A stretch of DNA of 64,000 nucleotides from NCBI GenBank assembly GCA_035710745.1, contig DASTCX010000035.1:30891-94890 (forward strand), written 5' to 3'. This stretch comes from Candidatus Eremiobacteraceae bacterium (GTDB lineage: Bacteria > Vulcanimicrobiota > Vulcanimicrobiia > Eremiobacterales > Eremiobacteraceae). The translations under genes and the position numbers were made by a program. Positions within the stretch are counted from its first letter, which is position 1; every line of letters starts with the position of its first letter. Below the pieces are notes generated by a model, which did not search any database, had not been told where the DNA came from, and saw only the letters and a list, made by a program, of their open reading frames with translations. Shown piece by piece: positions 57,648 to 64,000 of this stretch.

Positions 57648-57654
57648 ACCGCGT

Positions 57655-59451
57655 TCAAGCAGGCGCCATCTCGCCGTCGAGGACCGCCGCCGCCCACTTC
57701 ACTGACTCGCCGGGCTCCGGCGCCCGATCCGGCAACGGCACGTAGCTCAACCCCTCACGACGATCGCGATTCCACGCCGCCAGTATGAACAGCTGGTCTA
57801 TTTCGTCTTGACGTACGAAGGAGCGCGAGACGTCCTTCGGGCGATGATTCGCCTCGAGGAGCGCCGCGAGTTCGGCGTGCGCTCGCTCGCGCTGCGTCAA
57901 CCTGCGAGGCAATGAGGTACGCGCCGCGAGCCGGCCGCCGCAGAACAAAAAGCACGCCTCGCTCGCCGCATCGGTCGAAGGCGCCATCACGAGCACGTTG
58001 AGCGCGATCGCCGCCTCGAGGTCGCCGTGAAGGCCCCGCAGCCTCCTGAGCCGGTCGAGCCGCCGGTCCTCTCGCTCCGACACGTCCGGCCGGTTCCGCG
58101 CGGCGGCTTCGTCGCGCCTTCGCGCGACCGCCAACATCACGTCGTCCGCCTCGCCCTCGATGAAAGCGATGGCATCATCGACGAGCGCCGCATGTTGCGC
58201 GGCCGGCAGCGGCGCTTCGCATCCGTCCGGAGCGTCGGTCGAGCGCAATCCTAGTGCATCCTGCAGCGCCTCGACTGCGGCTCGCGCGGATGGTGCGTTG
58301 CGGAACGGCCCGTAATAACGCGCTCCGTCAGCGATGAGGCGCGTCGTCGTCAGGAGACGCCCGTACGTTCCGGCCTCCACTTTGACGAACGCGAAGTCGC
58401 GGAAGTCGCGCAATCTATCGTTGAACGGCGGATCGTGCGCGCGCACGAGTTCGGCTTCGAGCAGGAGCGCCTCGAGCTCCGATCCGGTGACGAGGTAGTC
58501 GAAAGACGCGACGACGCCGCGCAGGGCACGCACCTTGGCGGTCGCTGGCTTTGCTCCGCTCGCGTACGTCCGGAGGCGCTGGCGCAGGCTCCGAGATTTG
58601 CCGACGTATACGACCGTGCCGCCGGCATCCTTGAGCAGGTAGACGCCAGGCCTCGTCGGGACTTCTTCGAGCTCCTGGCGCAGGATCGACGTCCACACGG
58701 GCAGCTGCGTGATCGAAGCCAAGCGCTTTGGCGCTGGGCGTTTGCGCGCCGCGCGATGGCGCAGGAATTCAAGCAGCGCCCCATACGTGAACACGCCGTT
58801 GTCTTCGAGCTTTTTGATGCAATGGACGAGCAGTTCCGCGGTCGCGCGCGCGTCGGCGAGCGCGCGATGGTGGCGTTCGACGTCGAAGCCGAGCTCGCGC
58901 GTCAGCGTACCGAGCTTGTAGTTCGCGACTTCGACGATCGTCCGGCGCGCGAGCGCGAGCGTGTCCACTTTCGGGTTCGGCAGAGGCGCGCGGCCATGGC
59001 GCCGTAGTTCGAAGTCGATGAAACCCGCGTCGAATCGGACGTTGTGGCCGACGAGCACCCCGTCGCCGATCGATTCGACGATCTTGGGCAACAGCTCGCG
59101 GATGGGCGGCGCATCGGCGACCATCTCGTCGGAGATCCCGGTCAGCTGCGTGATGAACGCCGGGATCGGGGCGCAAGGGTTGACGAACGAGCGCCATGCG
59201 CGCACGATCCGCCCTTCCTCGACGCCGACGATGGCGATCTCGGTGATGCCGTCGTGACCGGGAATGCTTCCGGTCGTCTCGATGTCGACGACGGCGAACG
59301 TGCACGACCAAAGATCCGTGGCCGCTAATCGCCGCTGGCGTTCGAGCGCGTCGCCGAGCTCGGGCACTTTCGGGCAAAGCGGATCGGCGACGACTGGTAC
59401 GTATGGGTGACGCGTAAGGAGCGCGTCACCCTGGGTGATCGGCCAGAGCAT
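57655..59451 (-). CDS. DnaQ-like 3'-5' exonuclease fused to a GIY-YIG (UvrC/Cho-like) nuclease domain
   Basis: Exo motifs FAVVDIETTG, VGHNVRFDAGF, RHHRALADARA. GIY-YIG region PGVYLLKDAGGTVVYVGKSRSLRQRLRTY...ELEALLLEAELVRAHDPPFN. Confidence 0.8.
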   Translation of the reverse strand: MLWPITQGDALLTRHPYVPVVADPLCPKVPELGDALERQRRLAATDLWSCTFAVVDIETTGSIPGHDGITEIAIVGVEEGRIVRAWRSFVNPCAPIPAFITQLTGISDEMVADAPPIRELLPKIVESIGDGVLVGHNVRFDAGFIDFELRRHGRAPLPNPKVDTLALARRTIVEVANYKLGTLTRELGFDVERHHRALADARATAELLVHCIKKLEDNGVFTYGALLEFLRHRAARKRPAPKRLASITQLPVWTSILRQELEEVPTRPGVYLLKDAGGTVVYVGKSRSLRQRLRTYASGAKPATAKVRALRGVVASFDYLVTGSELEALLLEAELVRAHDPPFNDRLRDFRDFAFVKVEAGTYGRLLTTTRLIADGARYYGPFRNAPSARAAVEALQDALGLRSTDAPDGCEAPLPAAQHAALVDDAIAFIEGEADDVMLAVARRRDEAAARNRPDVSEREDRRLDRLRRLRGLHGDLEAAIALNVLVMAPSTDAASEACFLFCGGRLAARTSLPRRLTQRERAHAELAALLEANHRPKDVSRSFVRQDEIDQLFILAAWNRDRREGLSYVPLPDRAPEPGESVKWAAAVLDGEMAPA

Positions 59452-60220
59452 ATCGTTGGGTCATGCGTTCATCGAACGTACGTGCGATTCCCGCGAGAGG
59501 CTGACGTTGGGCCTGACCGAATGCGCCCGCGTGATCCCCATGGTGCTCGTCCACGGCTCGGGCCATACGCACGAAAGCTTCGACGCACAAGTCGCCGAGT
59601 TCGGCTGCGATGCCGTGTCATTGCCCGGCCATCCTGAGGGCGAAGCACTCGCATCTGTCGGCGATTGCGCCGCGTGGCTCGCGAAATATCTCCATTGGAA
59701 GGGGGCGGACCGCGCCATAGTCGGCGGCAACTCACTTGGCGGCGCCATAGCGATCGAATTCGCACTGCGCTATCCGGATCGCACCGCCGGACTCATCCTC
59801 TTGGGAACCGGCGCACGGCTCAAGGTCGCTCCGACGATCTTCGAGATGATCGACGCGCGCTGGCCCGACTGCATCGACGAGCTCGTCGGCTTTTCGCTCG
59901 CCCCGAACGCCGACCCATCGTTGCGTGCGCGCGCACGCGATTGGCACATTCGCGTCGGCCAACGCTCGACGCGGCGCGACTATCAGGATTGCGACGAGTT
60001 CGATGCGATGGATCGCGTCGGATCGATCCGCGCGCCAACGCTGATCGTCGTCGGCTCCGAAGATAAGATGACACCGCAGAAATATTCCGCGTACCTCCAC
60101 GGCAGCATCGCGGGCAGCGAGTTGTCGGTCATCGAGGGAGCTGGCCACCTCGCGCACGCCGAGAAACCGGAAGCGGTCAACGCGCGGATACGAGCGGTGT
60201 TTTCCGAGTCGATCGCGTGA
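59435..60220 (+). CDS. Alpha/beta hydrolase
   Basis: VLVHGSGHT, nucleophile elbow GNSLGGAIA, GAGHLAHAEKPE. The start is uncertain: GTG 59435 overlaps the divergent exonuclease start by 17 nt; GTG 59531 or ATG 59540 are alternatives. Confidence 0.75.
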   Translation: MIGQSISLGHAFIERTCDSRERLTLGLTECARVIPMVLVHGSGHTHESFDAQVAEFGCDAVSLPGHPEGEALASVGDCAAWLAKYLHWKGADRAIVGGNSLGGAIAIEFALRYPDRTAGLILLGTGARLKVAPTIFEMIDARWPDCIDELVGFSLAPNADPSLRARARDWHIRVGQRSTRRDYQDCDEFDAMDRVGSIRAPTLIVVGSEDKMTPQKYSAYLHGSIAGSELSVIEGAGHLAHAEKPEAVNARIRAVFSESIA

Positions 60221-60996
60221 GCACGGCGCTCGTCACGGGCGCGACCGAGGGGATCGGACTCGAGCTCGCGCGCGTCTTCGCCGCAGACGGCTGGGATCTC
60301 GCGATCGTCGCTCGCGACCGGAAGCGTCTCGATGAGACGGCAGCCGAGCTTCGCGCGACGGGCCGCGCGATCTCGACGTTCGCGTTCGACCTGTCGCTCG
60401 ACGGCGCGGCTCGATCGCTCTTCGACGCGGTTCGCGCGGCCGGACTGCGGATCGATGCGCTCGTCAACAACGCCGGCATCGCGACGCACGGCAGATTCGT
60501 CGACATCGCATCGACCGACGAACTCGCGATGCTTCACCTCAACGTCGTCACGCTGACGGAATTGACCAAGCTCTTCTTGCCGCTCATGGTCGAGCGGCGC
60601 GCCGGCAACGTCCTCATGCTCGCTTCGACGAGCGCGTTCCAGCCGGGCCCCTACATGGCCGCATACTACGCGACGAAGTCGTACGTATTGTCGCTCGCCG
60701 AAGCGCTCGAGGTCGAGCTGGCGGGTACGGGTGTCCGCATCACCACCCTATGCCCGGGTGCGACGCACACCGGCTTCACTCGACGCGCGAAGATGACGGC
60801 CGAGACCCGCTTGTTCCGATACAACGCGATGGACGCACACCGGGTCGCGCTCGCCGGTTACCGCGGAATGCGAGCCGGCCGGACGATCGTCATCCCCGGC
60901 GTCATCAACAACGTGCTCGCGTTCGTCGTTCGGATATCACCGCGCAAGATCGTCTCTCGGGTCGTCGGCTGGCTCAACAAGGTCCCCCGGACATAA
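60217..60996 (+). CDS. Short-chain dehydrogenase/reductase
   Basis: ALVTGATEGIGLELA, NNAG, YYATKSYVLSLAEAL (YxxxK). The GTG overlaps the upstream stop (GTGA). Confidence 0.85.
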   Translation: MSTALVTGATEGIGLELARVFAADGWDLAIVARDRKRLDETAAELRATGRAISTFAFDLSLDGAARSLFDAVRAAGLRIDALVNNAGIATHGRFVDIASTDELAMLHLNVVTLTELTKLFLPLMVERRAGNVLMLASTSAFQPGPYMAAYYATKSYVLSLAEALEVELAGTGVRITTLCPGATHTGFTRRAKMTAETRLFRYNAMDAHRVALAGYRGMRAGRTIVIPGVINNVLAFVVRISPRKIVSRVVGWLNKVPRT

Positions 60997-61003
60997 GGCC
61001 ACA

Positions 61004-61086
61004 GAGCGGTCGAGCTTTAGCTCCACCGGCGTCGAGCTTTCAAATCTACAAGGCCGCGGCGGTCGAGATGAATCTCGACCGCTCCC
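61004..61086. repeat. REP pair: degenerate type B plus type A (reverse orientation)
   Basis: GAGCGGTCGAGCTTTAGCTCCACCG (61004..61028) and CCGCGGCGGTCGAGATGAATCTCGACCGCTCCC (61054..61086). They mark the boundary to the lower-GC right end. Confidence 0.8.
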
Positions 61087-61206
61087 ATTTTTCACGGATT
61101 CCATAATAATATTCGGGGAGATTGTGAAATCGCCGTTTCGGGCTGGCGGGGTCCCACACGGCGTCTACATGCTCGACGCGAACGGCGATCGGCGCTTTGG
61201 GCGTCT

Positions 61207-62448
61207 TTACTGGACCGTGACTGGCACCGGAAAGCTGTTCCCCTTATGGTCGCTCACGGTAACGTTGCAGGACCCCGCTCCAGTCGCCGTTACCGTGAAT
61301 GTGTCCGATCCCGCCGGCGCAACGGTCGCTACTGCAACATTCGAACTCTTGGCCAGCAGCGGGGCGGATGCGGTCGGCTCTGAGGCGATCAGCGTACTCG
61401 ACTGTCCGACCGAAAGGGCAAGGCTCGTGGGCGTCACGGTCAATACGTTGCGCACGAACACCGACATCGTGCCGAACTCGGGTTGGGTGAACCAAACGTT
61501 TCCATCAGGCCCAATAGTGAGCGGGCCAACGCCGGGAAAGTTCGGCGCGTTCCCAAGGACCGTAAATTTGTGGGACTGGATGTTGTATCTCGCGAGACCC
61601 TCGTCAACCATGACGAACAGCTCGAACCGGCTTCCTCCATTCGCCAGGGCCTCGGGATGCCGACCGTGGGCGTAGAATTCGGTCACGGTACCGGAAGGCG
61701 TGATTCGGCCGAGCCTGTGATCGAAGAACTCGCCGAACCAGACGTTCCCATCGCTCGCCAACGTAATGCCGCTTGTTTCTGTCGTTGCGTGCGTCCGAAA
61801 TTCAGTTATTACACCAGATGTCGTGGCCCGGCCTATTAGCGGAGAACCTTCGGTGAACCATAAGTTGCCGTCGGAACCGACCGTTAGTTGTTGCGGGGGA
61901 TTGCCCGACGGCGTGGTGAACTCGGTCACGGAACCGGTCGTGGTAATGCGGCCGATCGCCGCGCGGGCTTCGTCCGTAAACCAAAGGTTCCCGTCGGGCC
62001 CGGACTTTATGTCGAACGGGCTCGCTCCCGTCGGCAGCGAGTATTCAATGATCGTGCCGTCGGTCTGAAGGGTTCCGATTTTTCCCGGCCCGGGCTCGGT
62101 AAACCAGATATCTTTGTCCGGGCCGACAGCCAACGCCGATACGTCAGCGTTCTTGGTCGGGATCGCAAATCGGGTGACGCGATTTGTCCTCATCGCCAGC
62201 CGATCGACCGCATTACCTACATTCTCGGAGAACCAGATGTTGTTGTCGGCACCGCTCACAATGGCGAATGGATCGCCTGGGACCTGCGATGGGCCGAAGG
62301 CGACCCATTGCGCAGGTCCGGGTCCGCCTTGGACGATTTTGGGCCTTGGGATGACGCCAGCGCCGGTCGCGCCTGGATGCGTTGTGGCCCCAGAAACGCA
62401 GCCGCTGGCGGTCACCACAAAGGCGAGCAGAAAAATCCACGCACGCAT
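61207..62448 (-). CDS. Lipoprotein with Vgb (streptogramin lyase)-like beta-propeller repeats and a C-terminal Big_2-like Ig domain
   Basis: Lipobox VVTASGC|VS from ATG 62448. Repeated blades with NNIWFSE, KDIWFTEPG, GNLWFTDE, GNLWFTEG, GNVWFGEF, GNVWFTQP each followed by ..G.ITEF/IIEY. C-terminal LTVTPTSLALSVGQSSTL...TVTATGAGSCNVTVSD. Confidence 0.75.
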   Translation of the reverse strand: MRAWIFLLAFVVTASGCVSGATTHPGATGAGVIPRPKIVQGGPGPAQWVAFGPSQVPGDPFAIVSGADNNIWFSENVGNAVDRLAMRTNRVTRFAIPTKNADVSALAVGPDKDIWFTEPGPGKIGTLQTDGTIIEYSLPTGASPFDIKSGPDGNLWFTDEARAAIGRITTTGSVTEFTTPSGNPPQQLTVGSDGNLWFTEGSPLIGRATTSGVITEFRTHATTETSGITLASDGNVWFGEFFDHRLGRITPSGTVTEFYAHGRHPEALANGGSRFELFVMVDEGLARYNIQSHKFTVLGNAPNFPGVGPLTIGPDGNVWFTQPEFGTMSVFVRNVLTVTPTSLALSVGQSSTLIASEPTASAPLLAKSSNVAVATVAPAGSDTFTVTATGAGSCNVTVSDHKGNSFPVPVTVQ

Positions 62449-62715
62449 GCTGACGCTCACTTCCGATCCGACCGCTATTGAAGAACGTTGCCTGGTCACA
62501 CGCGGAGCACCTGCGGTCACTGGAGGAGAACCACGCCCGACATGGGCGGAATCCCGTCCGTCGTATGAAGCATGTCTACGGACGGGCAGTTAGAAACGCT
62601 GAACGCGAAACTGGGGTACCCTGCACCGCACAGCGTGCCGCCGCCACCATTGCCATTGGCGTCTACCTGAATGGTGGAGGAGGGACTTCTGAATCCGACG
62701 CTGCCGCTGTGTACC

Positions 62716-64000
62716 TTATTGAAAACGGCCTGGACCTGCCTTAAGTGTCAGGTTTACGGCGGTAGCTAGAACAGTCTCCTGATTTGTACCGGGCGAGTCA
62801 ACGAGATAACTCCCGTTGACGTAGACGTTCGTGACACTCCCGAGCGTGACGGTGAGCATGCACGGAGGACTCGCACAGTTGATAGTTCCCGACGTATTGA
62901 CGGGCGGGGTTTCTCCGAGACAGCCGTCGTCCTTCGCGTTGATCGCGCCGCACACGTGGGTGTATGCGTGCGTCAAGCAGTAGCCGCCAGAGCCACAAGA
63001 ACCTCCTTGAGTCGAAGAAAGCAAGCTCTTGAAGCTCACTTTTGCGTTTGTCATGTTCACGCACGCCGCACCATTCATCGTCATCGCCGCATAGACGGTC
63101 AAGGCATTAAACTCGCGACAATACACGCCGCCGGCACGATGCAGCGCGGTGCCGTCCTCGCCGCACGTCCCAGCGATGAGATAGTCGGCGATGCCGCCGC
63201 TCGTCGACGCGTCCGGCGTCGGCTGCGGGCTGGCGCCCACCATCTGGCAACCATCGTACGCCTGGGTGCCACGCAGAATCGAATTGGTGCCGTGCACAAA
63301 CGCGACGCTGTCGAATGTGACTTTATTCGTCGTGCGGTTGACGGCGTTGACGGTGACCTGTTCCCATGAGGACTTGTCGTTGTTGAAGAGATTCAGGGTT
63401 TGGCCTGGCTGGATGTTCTTAGCGTTGTTGACGATCGCGGTCGCCATCGGTCCGGGGGAAGCTATGCCGCCCGCTATCTTCGTGAATACGGGGTTGCCCA
63501 GGAATGTCGCCATCGTCTTCACCGGTGAACCCGGGTATATGAGCGCCTCGGCATAGAACGGCACGTCGAGGTGACTCGAACCGTATTTCATCTGCACAAC
63601 GGTCCGACCGTCGACGTAGGCCAAAAGCGTCAACGCATACGTCGTTATCCGATACGAATATGGCGAGAGCGAGCGAACGACGTAGCTCGTCGAGTGGCTG
63701 TTTGTGAAGATCGCAGTGATGGTAGGGGTTGGCGAGTTCATCGAATCGACGACGGAGACTATTTCCTGATTCCCTCCGCCTCCGACTAAGAGGGCGAAGG
63801 GATTGTCGTGCCCCATCGGCGCGCCGTTCAACTGCGTGCTCCCGACCGTGATAACTTGCGGCGAAGGATTGGGGCTCACCGCTGTCGTCGCGGTCGTGTT
63901 GAGGTCGTAGCCGTCGGCAGACGTGTCGAACGCTGTGCTGTGCCCGCCGACTTCAGCGAAGACTGGCGTCGGGGAATTCTCCGCGTGGATGTCGGACGTG
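62716..64000 (-). CDS. Large secreted Cys-rich protein of unknown function, C-terminal 427 codons (5' end beyond window)
   Basis: The frame stays open upstream of the track start at 63879 to the window end (..TSDIHAENSPTPVFAEVGGHSTAFDTSADGYDLNTTATTAVSPNPSPQ..). The C-terminal 150 aa carry about 14 Cys (GTCGEDG, YCREF, GGSCGSGGYC, HVCGAINAKDDGC, INCASPPC). GC is about 53-58%. Confidence 0.6.
   Translation of the reverse strand, partial: TSDIHAENSPTPVFAEVGGHSTAFDTSADGYDLNTTATTAVSPNPSPQVITVGSTQLNGAPMGHDNPFALLVGGGGNQEIVSVVDSMNSPTPTITAIFTNSHSTSYVVRSLSPYSYRITTYALTLLAYVDGRTVVQMKYGSSHLDVPFYAEALIYPGSPVKTMATFLGNPVFTKIAGGIASPGPMATAIVNNAKNIQPGQTLNLFNNDKSSWEQVTVNAVNRTTNKVTFDSVAFVHGTNSILRGTQAYDGCQMVGASPQPTPDASTSGGIADYLIAGTCGEDGTALHRAGGVYCREFNALTVYAAMTMNGAACVNMTNAKVSFKSLLSSTQGGSCGSGGYCLTHAYTHVCGAINAKDDGCLGETPPVNTSGTINCASPPCMLTVTLGSVTNVYVNGSYLVDSPGTNQETVLATAVNLTLKAGPGRFQ

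Noticed and set aside
61124-61675. 183-aa plus-strand ORF at the start of the low-GC region.
   Set aside because: It lies antisense to the Vgb-like propeller gene, whose six repeated GNxWF(T/S)E blades and lipobox give much stronger coding evidence.

Overview
High-GC (about 65-70%) bacterial chromosomal window, densely coding with about 60 genes. I saw no rRNA, tRNA, CRISPR array, transposase, integrase, prophage or recognisable defence system. All calls come from reading the translations and the DNA by eye. No database search was possible, so family assignments are motif recognition from memory. Layout: (1) 1-8.7 kb holds a conserved minus-strand core operon, rpsB-tsf-pyrH-frr-uppS-cdsA-dxr-rseP-ispG-proS. 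(2) 9-13.3 kb is an accessory-looking block. Two paralogous secreted lipoproteins (EXORDIUM/PHI-1-like by my reading) bracket an ExeA/GspA-like AAA+ ATPase translationally coupled to an unknown 212-aa protein, plus a csrA-flgM pair. (3) 13-27 kb holds acyl-CoA ligase, an ABC-2 exporter, an ATP-grasp-like orphan, envelope proteins, hbd-crt-thiolase and tag. (4) 27-41 kb holds ridA-leuBDC, a beta-propeller protein, an APC permease, an S8 protease, an NAD cluster (cinA, nadE plus a separate glutaminase subunit) and pirin. (5) 41.4-46.6 kb is a 5.25-kb class II ribonucleotide reductase gene interrupted by two inteins. (6) 46-61 kb holds mixed housekeeping and DNA-repair genes. (7) 61-64 kb is a lower-GC right end (about 53-58%) encoding a Vgb-like beta-propeller lipoprotein and a large Cys-rich protein that runs off the window. 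At least 14 copies of GC-rich palindromic REP-like elements in three sequence types sit mostly at 3' gene ends, and one lies inside a coding region. Nine gene pairs share ATGA/GTGA stop-start overlaps. The best candidates for something new are the ExeA-like two-gene module with its flanking paralogues, the REP family, the double-intein nrdJ and the low-GC right-end locus. None of them is proven to be a system from sequence alone.
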